From assembly GCA_030390025.1 (NCBI GenBank), contig CM059431.1, forward strand, positions 117,306,001-117,370,000: 64,000 bases of DNA, read 5' to 3'. Below the pieces are notes generated by a model, which saw nothing but the letters and a program-made list of their open reading frames with translations, made no database searches and was not told where the DNA came from. The stretch is from Squalus acanthias. Lineage: Eukaryota. Shown piece by piece: positions 49,089-61,762 of the stretch; within the stretch, counting starts at the first letter, position 1; every line of letters begins with the position of its first letter. Made by a program: the position numbers and the translations under genes.

Positions 49089-52000
49089 CATGGATTTCAA
49101 AAGGGAAAGTCTTGCTTGACCAACCTTATTGAATTTTTTGAAGAGGTAATAGAGAGAGTAGACAATGATAATGCATTAGATGTAATTTATCTGGATTTTC
49201 ATAAGTACCTCATAATAGACTGATGAACAAGGTCAGAGAATGTGGAGTCAGGGAACAAGTAGCAGAATGGATTGCTGGCTGGGTTCAGGATAGAAAGCAG
49301 AGAGTCAGAGTAAAGGGTAGCTATTCACAGTGGCAGAAGGTGGGTAGTGGTGTTCCACAAGGATCAGTGCTGGGACCACTGCTGTTCACAATTTACAAAA
49401 ACGATTTAGACTTAGGAATCAAAAACATAATTTCTAAATTTGCCGATGACACCAAACTGGGGGGATAGTCAATACTGAGGAGGACTGCAACAAGTTACAG
49501 GAGGACATTAGTAAACTTGTAGAATGGGCATATAATTGGCAAATGAAGTTCAACACAGATAAATGTGAGGTATTACATTTTGGTAGGGCTGAGGGGTGAC
49601 CTAATAGAGGTCTTTAAAATTATGAAAGGTTTTGATAGAGTTGATACAGAGAGAATGTTTCCACTTGTGGGGAAGAGCATAACTAGAGGCCATCAATATA
49701 AGATCGTCACCAAGAAATCCAATAGGGAATTCAGAAGAAACTTCTTTACCCAAAGAGTGGTGAGAATGTGGAACTCGCTACCACAGCAAGTGGTTGAAGC
49801 GAATAGTACAGATGCATTTAAGGGGAGGCTGGACAAACATATGAGGGAGAAGGGTTATGCTGATAGATTTAGATGACGAAGATGGGAGGAGGCTCGAGTG
49901 AAGCATAAATGCTGGCATGGACTGGTTGGGCCGAATGGCCTGTTTCTGTGCTGTATATCCTATGTAATCCTATTTAATTAGCAAACAAGATTTGACATCG
50001 AGCTACATAAGGAAATACTAGGACAGGTGACCAAAAGCTTGGTCAAAGGGGTAGGTTTTAAGGAGCGTCTTAAAGGAGGAGAGAGAGCTGGAGAGGTTTA
50101 GGGAGGGAATTCCAGAGCTTAGTACCGAGGCAGCTGAAAGCATGGTTGCCATTGGTGGAATGATTAAAATTGGAGATAAGCAAGAGGCCAGAATTGGAGA
50201 GTGCAGAGATCTCGGAAGGTTGTAGGGCTGGAGGAGGTATTTATCCCATCATAAGGCCTTAGCACCAGCTTCAAAGCAGCACCTCCCTACCACGCTGGTG
50301 TGAGTTTTAGCATTTCATATACCAGCTATCCTTGTCACCTCTCTAAGTGAGGTTGCCAATTTAAAAACAGTTTTTTGCAATGGACTCACATCGACATTTA
50401 ACATAGGGTCACCAAATTTTTTTAGATGGGTCCTAATCTCGGAGTAAATGTCGAGATGCGCCCTCTGGGAACACCTACTCGTAATGATCAGCAGACCATC
50501 TGGTAATGTGGGAGGTTCCCTAATTTGGCTGCCAGTGGTGCACACGCATGAAACCTGGGCCACACCTAGGTTGCCACCTGCCCTGCTGAATAGGCCAAAA
50601 GGTCCAGCTGAGGAGAGCATGGTCCATGGGTTGCCGATTCCTCCTCTGGAAGGAATCATTTTGTGCCCCTTCAGCTCCCCCTACAAAGGAGGGGAGCACA
50701 TCTAAATTAAAATAAAATTATACCTTTTATCTTCAGCAATCTAGGCCACAATCCCGGCCTGGATTCCCAGGCAGTCCTCTCTTCTATTTCTGATAGGCCA
50801 GTCTGGTGACCGCTCTCACTGAGAGCCTGGGACTTGGCAGCTCCTGACAAGGCAGTTCCCGCCTCCGACACCAGCATCTTCGATGTCGCCGGCCATGTAT
50901 GGGGTGGGCAGAGGCTCTGCCTACAACAGGCCATTCAGAAACAATAGGCCAGGACATGGTGTATCAAGGAGCTGGGCTAATTTCTGGCAATTCTGGATGA
51001 ATCTCACAGCAGCTGTTCAGGGTCGGGATTCTCACAGTCTTCAATAAAAGAATACATCCATCCCAACATCTAGATCGGATTCAAATGGACGATTTAGAGC
51101 TGGCCAACTGATTCATCCAGTGTCCGGTGATCATTGACATTGTGCCCTCCATGCACCTCTGCTTATACATTCTGCCCACAGCTAGTGCGAGTAAATGTCA
51201 TTATACATCAGAGAAAAACATTTATCTCTATACTTATGAATAGCAGAAAGGATTTTTTAACAGTAATTGACTTTTACTTACAGACCATTGAATAGAGTGA
51301 GGGCTTTCATGGCCATAATGAATGTATTACCTCAAGGATTGTTTTAACATTTGGCTTTATTGTTTTCCAAAACAATTACAGGCACAGTAAAATCCTCAAT
51401 AGACACACAACATTTTGATCATTATTGCCAATTTTTATTTTTTAATAATTGCATATTTTTGCACTGTATGCATATTTTATAATCATCATTTCAGTTTTCA
51501 TATATATTGTGCTATTCATTGGAAATATGGCCAACATATTGCATTCCCCACAATATGTTAAACACGGAACTATTACAATCAGATATTTCACGCTGCAGTT
51601 TTCCATACCTCTTTTGCATTGCCATGAATTCAATATTAATCCCCCTTAAAACTTGACAATTCTACGTAAAGCTTGTTGGAAGACTATGGGGGCAATGCTA
51701 ACCAAACTCACCCATTGGGAAACTGATGAGATCGGATCGGCTGCCTGTTTTACACCATGCTCGATTTTACTTTCCATTGACATCCAAAAAAGATAAGTTT
51801 CAAATGATTTTTGTGGGGACAGAGGAGCAGGGGAAAAACTCTTGGAAATTCTTCTCATTCCCAATAGCAGTCTTTACATCCAACAACAATATCAACAACA
51901 ACTTGCATTTATATAGCACCTTTAATGTAGTACATCCTTTAGACATTGGCCTCTGTTTTCCTATAATCTTTTCGATTTGGCAAGAATAAATTTTAATTGT

Positions 52001-53340
52001 AGCCTCACAAACGTTTTGTTAAATACTTCCCCAGCCATTTGTGAGTTCCAATTAACCGGTTTAACTGATGATGCATTCCCTAGAAATCTGTGTTTGGAAG
52101 TCCACTGCTTTCAAAAAGATCAAACAGTGACCCAGGTGTTACGGCAATATTCTCCTTTCCCAAGACGATTTCCGAAGCAAATAGACCTCATATCCACAAA
52201 GCACATATTCCTGTAATTAAAATTTTCTTGCTAATGTTTCCTTCATGAAATCATATTACAACGCAATGTTCATTGCTACTGATAATTCCATACATGAACA
52301 GAAAGGTCAAGAAAGGTCAAGATGAGGAAGGAAAGCACATGGAATGCTGAAACTCTTGTATCTTATATTTTTAACGCTGTAAATTCACCAGCCTTGTCCT
52401 TCCCCCAAGACACTAATTATAGAGACTGGGATATTCAAAACGTAGAATGTAATATTTATAACCACTCTTGGCAGACAACATTAGTACTTTTGGGAATGAT
52501 TCAAAGTGCAAATAAATATTTCCTCATCTGAATTTTCATTAGAAGATGACTAAAGATGTATTGGTCTAATCATTATAAAATCCAGAGGGAGACTTCCGAA
52601 CATCTAGTATACTGGAACTGAAATATGTTCCATTGTTTTGTTTCTTGCACTAGTATTATTTCTGCAGATAAGATAAAACATGTTAGATGGAATGCAACTG
52701 GATGCACACTAGAACATTAATTACCTGAATTAAATCAGTCATTGAGAAAATGTATTGTAAATCTTTCATTATATAATGCAATGTACTGTACATGTAACTA
52801 TAAGGTAATTTTCCAGAAATAAAAGAAGACAAGGGCAATAGGGGTGTTTAAATAATTGATGATTACATTTCTACTGTCATAGCTATTCCATACATTTATT
52901 ATTGAAAAGAATGAGTAAATCTCATGAAAGCATTTGAAGTTCTGATTTTTGGTTACTATGAATATTAGTAGAAATCTAAAGGGGTAGAAATTAGGTCGCG
53001 CCCCATTTGGGGCGCAAATATCGTCTGGACGCAAATATTAGCGCCTGGCGCTAATTATCGGCACTGACTGGAAACTTCACTTTTACCGCCCCGGGAGGTG
53101 AGTGGAGCGCTAAATCAGGCGCTGCACACCTGTCTTAAGGCGCAAAGGCCAAGGAGTGAGGCGCTAACTCAGCGCGCGAGCGCAGCGCAGCTGCTGCCAG
53201 TTAGCGAGGGAACACAGACACACTGGCGCCGGCCACTTCTTAAAGCGGGGGGGGGGCCACTTGCTCCCCAGCCACACCCTGCTCATTGCAGCCTTGAATC
53301 TCAGCCTGGAGAGACCTGTGAATCCATTTTGCTGCCAAGC

Positions 53341-55109
53341 ATGGAGAGGGTGAGAGAACGCGCTCATCGCTTCACCGAGCGGGCCTTGGATGCTCTGGTT
53401 GGCGCAGTGGAGTGCAGACGATGTATGCTCTTCCCTGAGAGTGGCAGGAGGCCTTTGCCACGCGAGTTCAGAAGAGTGTGGAGGTTGGTGGCTCAGAGCG
53501 TCTCCTCCAGGAGCATGGTGCCCAGGACCCATACTCAATGCCGCAAAAAGTTCAACGACCTTACTCGGGTCGTCAGGGTGAGTGGCTTTTTCTCAATACC
53601 TCTCCATCCCTCCATCTCAACCTCACTCTATGGCCAGAGGGTCTTAAAACCCCAATGCACAACACTCATCCAACACCTATGGCCCTTTCATCAAACACAC
53701 ACACACATTCCACACTTTGCATACAGTAAGGGCTATTCACCTATGGGAGGCACATCAGGCAAGACCATGGCTGTATATTTACTCAGATGCTGTCCTTTTT
53801 CTTGCAGGCCAAGCTGGCTCATAATAGGAGATAGCAGCAATGGACAGGTGGAGGGCGGCCTCAGCTGCAACCCCTCAGCGATCTGGAGGAGCGCGTCCAC
53901 AGGATTGTGGCAAGCCGGGTGATCGGTCCCGTCGCCACTGGAGACGCCGACCCCATTCTGGACAGCAATGGTAAGGTCATCACCTTTTTGTCCTCTGTCC
54001 TTCCACTTGTCCCTCACAACACCAGCCTTTGACACTTTCAATCCAACTTGCTAACTCGCTGCACTTATTCCTCCCTTACTGCCACCCTGTCCTCACGCTA
54101 AAGCCACTCTTGTACCTCCCTGCTTTCAGATGGTGATTCACCAGCTGAGGAGACGGGCCCTGAAGCTGCCACTGGGAGTGATGCTGCAGCTGAGGAGGAA
54201 GAGGAAGCCAGAGCATCAGTGCCACCCTCTCCCGAGGAAGCCCATGCCCACACTGGGAACACGCCTTCCCCAGAGGGGAGCAGGGGGGAAGGGGCTGATG
54301 AGGGTGAATCTCCAGGACCCAGCGGGCTGCAGCAACGCCATGGGGGGGGTAGGGAAGAACGGGGGCCTTCTCCACAGAGGGAGAGTATGCCAGACACTCC
54401 TACTGCAATGGACGCAGAGGAGGAGCGGCTGATCGCAGAAATGAACACTCAGGCGGTGGGCATGCACACTGAGCTCATGGGTGCAGTGGGAAGGGTGCCC
54501 GAATGCATTGAGTCACTGGCAAGGAGTGTGGAGCACTTCGCTGTAGCACAGGCGGATGCCACACTAACGCTTAGTGCTGCAATTCAGTCACTGGCTGCCG
54601 TGATCCCATCTCTGACTGCTCTCATACAGACTCAGATGGAGGCCACGCGAGCACAGACTGCTGCCAACCTCGATGGTTCGTGCACATGTCCCCGGGGCTG
54701 TCACCGCGCCGCAGCAGGCCAGCAATCTGTTCTCTGGCAGATTGCTCCGGATGCTGAAGTGCTGCCCCGTGGGAGTGCCAGTGTGTCGGGCGAGCAGGGA
54801 GTTGCTGTCCTCTCTCACGATGACAGCATTCCTGCTGTCAACACTGTCACTTCTCCACTGCACTTGCCACCGCCTGTAGGACAAACTGCAGCTGCCCATG
54901 CAGAGTTGGTGCAGTCTGCAGCCGGGCTCTCCAGGCCCAGAAGTGGTCGAGGCCGTCCTTCAGGGGCATCTGCAGTGTCAGGGTCTGACGAGCAGCAGCC
55001 TTCCACCAGCCTTGCTGCAGCCACTGAGGTCCCATTACGGAGGAGCAGTAGGGTTAGAAGGGGGGAAGTGCGCAAGGGAAGGAGATCACCCTCGAAGGGC
55101 AAAAAGTAG
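53341..55109 (+). pseudogene. Harbinger Myb/SANT (trihelix-like) DNA-binding protein; exons 53341-53577, 53808-53970, 54130-55109 (459 codons), one TAG at 53832
   Basis: RFTERALDALV..W..VA..V..RT..QCRKKFNDL; exon 2 TGGG motif; GT-AG sites keep frame (237+163+980 nt). Confidence 0.85.
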
Positions 55110-55403
55110 GAGGTGTGACAAAATGCTGGTCATTTTTTTATTAAAGGCCGAGGTTCATGGTCCAACTTTTGTTTAGTGTTTTGGACATTATCTCCAGGTT
55201 GTGAGAACCAGTTATGTTATTGACTGTTTTTTTGTGTTTATTTCTATGAGTTTGTCATGAGGAATTGACACACACAGAGTTTGTAAAATAAATAAGTTTC
55301 TGTATTCAAAATATACATGGCTGGTGGTTGGAATTATTGGTGCCTTGGCCGGCTTAGGGGTTGCGTGCTGGATTGATTAATGTTGGTAGCAATGGCAGGG
55401 GCC

Positions 55404-56563
55404 CTAGAAGCGGCTTGCTATTACCCGTTGACGGACGGCCCTTGCAGTTTGACCATTGTGGGCCGCCCTCCTGCCTTGGTGCTGCTGATGATCATCGTCC
55501 TTGTCCTCTTCCTCCTCTTCCTCCTCCTCCTCTGGTGGTGCTACAAGGCCTGGTGGCATTGGCTGGGTCCTGAGGATTGCCATGTTGTGCAACATGCAGC
55601 ACACGACTACGAAGTTCGATACTTGCTCAGGCGAGTACTGCAGGGCTCCTCCGGAATGGTCCAGACGCGGAACCGTTGTTTCAGCACGCCGATTGTGCGC
55701 TCAATAATGTTCCTGGTTGCTTGATGGCTTTCATTGTACCGCAGCTCAGCAGGGGTGTCTGGCGTACGGAGCGGTGTCATCAGCCAGGTGCTCAATGCGT
55801 ACACCTTGTCCCCGAGAAGCCAACCAACTGGCTGATGCGGTGCCTCGAAAACTTCTGCCACAGTAGTCTGGCGCAGGATAAAAGCATCGTGGCAGCTGCC
55901 AGGATAGTGGGCATTGACAGCGAGTATCAGCTGTCTGTGGTCACAGACCAACTGGACATTCAAGGAATGGAACCCCTTTCTGTTCCTGAATTCCTCTGCA
56001 TTCTCACGCGGAGCACGCAAAGCCATATGCGTGCAGTCAATGGCGCCCTGCACCATGGGGAAGCCCGCTACCCTCGCAAAGCCCAGAGCGCGGTCACACT
56101 GCTTGTCTGGGGTCATAGGGAAAGAGATGAACTCTCGTCTCCTTCTGAAGAGGGCATTTGTGACCTGCCGGATGCAGCAATGCACCGCGAACTGGGAGAT
56201 ATTGGCGAGGTCCCCAACAGCAGCTTGGAATGAGCCAGTGGCGTAGAGGTTCAAAGCCACTGTGACCTTCACTGCCACCGACAGAGACGTCCTGGACCTC
56301 AGTTGAGGCTGCAGATCTGGCTGCAGCAGGTGGCAGAGCTCAGTGACCACCTCCTTGCTGAATCGCAGCCTTCGCAAACACAGCTCCTCGGACATATGGA
56401 TGTAAGAGAGCTGTTCACGATATACCCTGGGAGGGTAAGCTCTCCTGTACATGCGCCTGATGGCCCTCCTCCGTCTGGCCATCATTGCCACTCTCTCTCT
56501 GCGTCTCTGTATCCTCCGATTCAGCTGGAGCAGGACGACGCCCCCAATCAGTGCAGCCCCCAT
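55404..56563 (-). pseudogene. Harbinger (HARBI1-like) DDE transposase, single 1-nt deletion near 55665
   Basis: GAIDCTH, NRKGFHSLNVQLVCD, YPGSCHDA, LLGD..Y, IIERTIGVLKQRF; continues in another frame as LDHSGGALQY..CCMLHN. Confidence 0.92.
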
Positions 56564-57429
56564 ATTCTCTTTGCAAGCAAAGTAATGAGGGACAGCAACT
56601 AAAGTAGCAACAAAGTTAGGATGAATAGGCAAAACTACCTCACAAAGCGTTGAGTCAATGTAGAAGTCTCTCTCTCTCTCTCTCCGAATCTCTCTCTCTC
56701 TCTCAGAACGAGTGGTGCATAAATGTCGACCACAGAAAAAGACAGGAAGAGGCCCCCTTTAAATAGCACCCCCCCCCAGCCCCACAGCGATTGATAGCGT
56801 TCCAGTCTTCCGGTCGTTGGAAGCGCCAGGCGGTAAGGCAGGGGGCGCCACTCAATTTCCGCTCCGGGGCGCCACAAGGGCGTTGCACCATGGAATGACG
56901 TCATAATCTGCGCGCGCAGGTGGTCGCAGCGGTAAGTTTTAGCGCCGCCGCACAATCTCTAGTTAAGTTCTCGAGCGGCGCAAACATCGCTGCGCCCGGG
57001 CGTTAGCGGCTTTGCGCCCCATTAGCGCCCTCTTAAGGCGCTAACGGGAGGCGCAACCAACTGAATTTTTACCCCAAAGTATTTATGGTGATTGAGGTAG
57101 ATATTATAACATGATGTGACCTTAAAATTGAATTGGTATCAGTTTGAATAATGTTTGAGTAAGTGCTAAATGAACTTCACGTTGAAGAGGATTGCAATAC
57201 TCAAGAGCCAAATTGTTGAAGTAACGAAGTAACTGAAATTGCAGTACACTTCTTACAAAGAAGTCTGGTAAGTGATGAGGGTCAAGAAATAGTGTAAATA
57301 AACAGGGGCTGCAATTCCACAGGGTGTAGAGCACTTGCGTAAGTTCAGCTGCACAATATTTAGTTTGCTGTACTATTTAAAAGTGCAGGCGATGAGAGTT
57401 ACAGATCAGGCGGACATAAATTATCTCAA

Positions 57430-57680
57430 AGGACTATTTGAAAAGGGAGGAGTTCTTCTGTTGTATTGACCAACATTCCTCCCTCAACTAACACCACCAA
57501 AAACAGACTAATTGATGTTTCATTGACTATTTAATGTTTATGGGACTTTGTCGTGTGCAAAAACTAGCAGCTGCTTGTGCCTACAAAACAACAGTGACTG
57601 CATTTCAAAAATAATTTGTTGGTTGCAAAGCTCTTTGGGACATTCTAAGAAGGTAAAGAGTGCTATGTAAATGATTTTTT
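57430..57680 (+). mobile_element. Degraded Deu-SINE 3' part
   Basis: actatttgaaaagggaggagttct..ccaacattcctccctcaac..gctctttgggacatt..gtgctatgtaaatg. Confidence 0.7.
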
Positions 57681-57690
57681 TTTTTTTGTT

Positions 57691-59025
57691 GGGCTAGAAA
57701 TTCATTATAGCCTAGGAATGGGCGGTAACTTTAGAAAAGTTTAGCAATTAGCGCCAGGCGGTAATACTTTAGACTGCAAGCAAAATTCATTCTCACTGCT
57801 CAAAGAAATGATTGGGGCACTAAATCAAGTCTTAAAGGCCTAGCTCAGTGGCGTTACACTCAAAGGGTGGACCAATATTTGGTGCAGTCTAATCTCAACT
57901 CATCATTGCCACAGGCTTTTCCCAGTACTTAAAGAGGAGGTTCATTGATACTGCAGCACCTCAGTCTCAGCATTGCTGGCTGTGCAGCTGCCTCAGCAAG
58001 TAGAAGCACAACAAGAAGAAGGAGCTGGAGGACTGAAACAGGTGTGCTCATGGCAGATCCACCTCAGTCGGGTGGTCAGTGTGATTGAATGCTTCAACAA
58101 ATGCTATATACCATCATCTGTACCACAAGCTTCACACACTGCCCAAAGCACCAGACCCCCCAGCGCTTACCCACCAACAATCTCTACCTACCAACACTCA
58201 CACCTTACACAAAATGACAGCTATTCAACTATGGGAGGCACAAGGGTCATTAGTATGAATGTGATATGTTTATGCATAAATTTATTATTGGAGTTTGCAA
58301 TATTTTGTGGTCTCTCTCATTTCACCTTTGCACCCAGGAGGACGCAGTGATATGGCATGACACAGGGATGGTATGATGGGGATGTGGTGAGCAAAAGGGA
58401 TCTGGGGTTTAAGTCATCCTGGTGAGTGTCCTGATGACCGTCCTCATCCCTCTGAGCACATGTTCCCGTATTTCTGGCTGCCTACACTTCATCCGCCATA
58501 GATCCTGGAGGGCGAGGTGGCATGCCAGTACAGCCCCCATTAATGTTGCCAAGTGTAGCAGTTTGATTCTTTGAACAATAAATGTAGGCACTTTGTCCTT
58601 GCCAGAACACTGCTGATAAAAAAGAACCTTGAAATTACTCATACAAAGTGATCCACTAGCTGAAACTGAAAATAACCACTGAAACTAACCTGCCCTGACA
58701 GCTGTGTGTGCTCAATGCGGATGCCTTTAAATAATGTCACTGGAGCCGGCGTCCTGCAGCTGTGCACCTCCTCTCCCTGTCGCTGTCTGGTTGAGCCGCA
58801 AAGGTAGGTGGCAAAAATCAATTTCGCAGTTCGGGCAGCCAGTGAGCATTGCACGCTCACTGACATCACGATCTGCCTGCCGTTGAAGTCCCCGGCAGTA
58901 CCTCGTACTGGCGGCGCAACGGGGGGACCGGATTTGCCGTGCGCCGCTGGATTCGCCTCGCCCTGGCGCTACTGCATCAGCGCTGCTGGCGGTAACAGGA
59001 GGCGCTAACCAATGAATTTTTCCCC
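57691..59025. mobile_element. Internally deleted Harbinger related to 52981-57075
   Basis: TIR gggctagaaattcatt / aatgaatttttcccc; same ttagcgcc/ggcggtaa subterminal motifs; minus-strand MGAVL.. transposase start remnant ~58540. Confidence 0.75.
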
Positions 59026-59449
59026 TATCTTTTATATTTAAGACGCATTTCTACTTTCAAGTTAATTCGTCATTTGAAGAAGTGTGTGTAAAATTTTGCT
59101 TGTAGACTGATTTCCCCTGAACTAAAACTGACAAACACTTGCTGGATTTGTAACAATCTATTACTGTGTTAACCTTTAAGTTTTTTTGATAGAGCATGCA
59201 GGTCAAGAAAAGTGAGCAAAAGTCATTAGGCCAAAATATTGTTTATTAAAAAATCAGTTTTTAATGAGTTATTGAAACTATAGGGCTGATTTTAGGATCA
59301 TGTGCTACCAGCTGGTAAGGCATTTCAGGATATCCCACAAATTTCCATCCATTAATCTGTAACTATTGATTTTGGGGTGATTTACTGTATTCAGCAACAT
59401 GGAAACTCAATGTTATCCTGTTGTATCATATATCTCACAGCAGTCTAAC

Positions 59450-59730
59450 AAAGAAAGAATTTGTAATTATGTGGCATCTTATCACATCTCTTAAGACATT
59501 TCAAAGTGCTTCACATATGCTAAATTACTTTGAAGTGCAGTCACTGTTGCTATACAGCCGAACATGGCATCCATTTAGCACACGGTGATGTTCAAAATAG
59601 TAAAGGTCACTTTGTGTATTTTTGGTGATACTTAAGGAAGAATGTTGGCCAAATACATGGATGATTCTCTGTTCTTTCTTCAATAGTGCCATGTGATCTT
59701 TATCCTCCATCAGAAAGGACCGCAGGACAG
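59450..59730 (-). mobile_element. Degraded Deu-SINE fragment
   Basis: ttctttcttcaatagtgccatgtgatcttttatcctcc; tttgaagtgcagtcactgttg. Confidence 0.65.
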
Positions 59731-59805
59731 AAAATTTTGGGCTACGCACCTGCAATTTTCCAAGATGTACTCCCTGCTGGGAGCACAGGATCACAGAATT
59801 ACCCC

Positions 59806-59948
59806 TGATATTACAGCGCATGGTCTGATATTACAGCATATTGCTTGATATTAATAATTGCAGCTTATGACTTGATATTGCAGCGTATGGCTTGATATTA
59901 TTTATTACAGCTTATGGCTTGATATTAATAATTACAGCTTATGGCTTG
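59806..59948. repeat. Degenerate minisatellite, ~20-27 bp unit
   Basis: tgatatt(aataatt)acagcttatggct repeated about 6 times. Confidence 0.8.
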
Positions 59949-60929
59949 GAGGTAATCAGTTTCAAAGTATATTTGTTGCTAATGCAGCCACAGCTGCAAA
60001 GTTAATTGGATACTGAGTTGAGATTCTTGTGCCTGTATGGGTGAAGAGGTCTGTCACAATATCATCAAGCAAAGAATGCTGAATCAGTATAATATTATAT
60101 CAAATGTGATTTGGGAAGGATTATAAATGGACAATAACTGACTATATTTTCGGTAACATAAGTATTTTGTTATGCATTTATGTTTGTTTAAAAAGTTTGA
60201 GCAGGAATAGATGAAAATATATTTTCTATAGATTTTTTTTGTATTATTCAACCAAATTATTTAAAGCTTTCCTGTTGTAACAAACAATTGTAGTTGATTG
60301 TGCATTGTGCTTATTAACAAGTTTAGAATCTATCTGATTAAAACAATTATAGAACAGAGATTAAATCATCTGTTATTTATGTGTAGAAATCACACATTGA
60401 GTAGTATTGCAGTCAATCAGTCAGTATAGCATATTAGCCTTAAATCCTAAAATAGAAAATCTGTGAGTTCCAAGAAATGTGCCATAATCTTTTACTGCAC
60501 CCTATTTCCAGATCTAAAAATGTTAATTTGCATTATCACATACAAATCTGAAACCTGTTCTGTAAGGGAGATGTTATAATTTCAAATCCATCGAGCCTTG
60601 GCTCTAATACTATAACATCTAGAAATACAATCATGAATGTTTAGTTATTGGGGGACTCTCCAGCTGCCAGATGTCCCATGCCACAGTTATTGCAATGGTA
60701 TTGTTTCAACTAAATAATGTTAAATTGAATGTAGCTATTAATCTTATGCAAGGCAAACAGCTGTGCACAGAATGAAGTCACGGGTGCATTGTACTCTCGA
60801 GCTAGCAATTTAATTCTTTCCCATGAACAGCCAACAGCAACATGACAAGGCACTGCCATTTTACACAGAGGCATAATTCCCCAAGGTCCAAGGACTCATT
60901 CATTGAACCATGTGATCATATCCTTGCTC

Positions 60930-61280
60930 AATGCCTGTAACAACATCAGCTGCAAATGATCTCGCTCTCTCAATGTGCAATACATTTGCGACCAGCAACG
61001 TGTCATAATTGAATGCTTCATTTCTCTGGGAGCTACCATAATGCCTTCATTTTAAGGAAAGCTACTATACCAGCACTCTTTAACCCAGAATGACAAGTTT
61101 CTACATGGCTGTTGGGAGATCAAAATTATGCTTTCCATCCATGGCTGATGACATCGAATTGTTTTCCATAGACACCAACTGAGAATCAGTATACAAGGTC
61201 CATTCATCCATCAGAGTCATCTTTGAGCACACATTGGCATGTTGAAGTTACACTTCAGGTGCCTGGATTGATCTGAGAGT
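60930..61280 (+). pseudogene. Degraded Harbinger transposase fragment
   Basis: SLNVQYICDQQ; GSYHNAFIL; WLLGDQNYAFHPWLMT; IGMLKLHFRCLD. Confidence 0.75.
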
Positions 61281-61762
61281 AGCAAACCTCACTTTGGTAG
61301 AGGCTTCTCTTCCCAATGCACCAGCAGACCACTGGTGGCATCACAATGAGAGCTGAATGTCTTTCTAACGCTTACGCTGGAGGGTTCTTCAAAAGTATCC
61401 CAATCATAGCATGCCTTGCCTAAAATGGTATTGCATGAAAAAAATGCTTGCCTCGATGATCAGGAGCCAACGCAACCTGCTGGGCTGCACCTGAGAAGTT
61501 GCCAGCAGCTTGCAATGTTTGGTGTTAGATGTATGGTACAACAAGTCCGTGGGCAGGGGAGTGAAGACAAGTACAATACAAATCACAAAATAAAAAATTC
61601 CCTATACTGCATGAAGTAACATCTCGAGCAAGAATTGTCCAACAAAAATTCTGATGGATTGGGATGGTGGATAATTGGAGTGCAGAAGTTCTACTTAGTA
61701 ATAAAAATAAGTGAAATTTTACCACAGGGTAAATAAACATGCCTGGTGCTTCAATACTTCTC

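Larger units (their letters stand above)
48354..49975 (+). mobile_element. CR1 3' part with internal deletion near 49585, split by Penelope
   Basis: [42 protein letters not shown]; tail atgtaatcct. Confidence 0.9.
48300..50240 (-). mobile_element. L2 3' fragment split by CR1 (pieces 48300-48348 and 49980-50240)
   Basis: Both pieces are reverse matches to the L2 3' region 36290-36620. Confidence 0.8.
52981..57075. mobile_element. Near-intact autonomous PIF/Harbinger transposon (4095 bp), two convergent genes
   Basis: TIR ggggtagaaatt / aatttttacccc; aaa on both sides; Myb/SANT gene on +, DDE transposase on -. Confidence 0.93.

Noticed and set aside
50345..51000. Possible hAT-type element with aggttgcca / tggcaattct ends
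   Set aside because: Several partial TIR-like matches, no TSD; boundaries cannot be set
53098..53922. 274-aa ORF as annotated by the track
   Set aside because: It reads through intron 1 of the Myb gene; the spliced model restores the TGGG motif and joins the 54219 ORF in frame
55404..56563. Domesticated host HARBI1 gene
   Set aside because: Flanked by TIRs/TSD, paired with a Myb gene, frameshifted, and multiple related decayed copies are nearby
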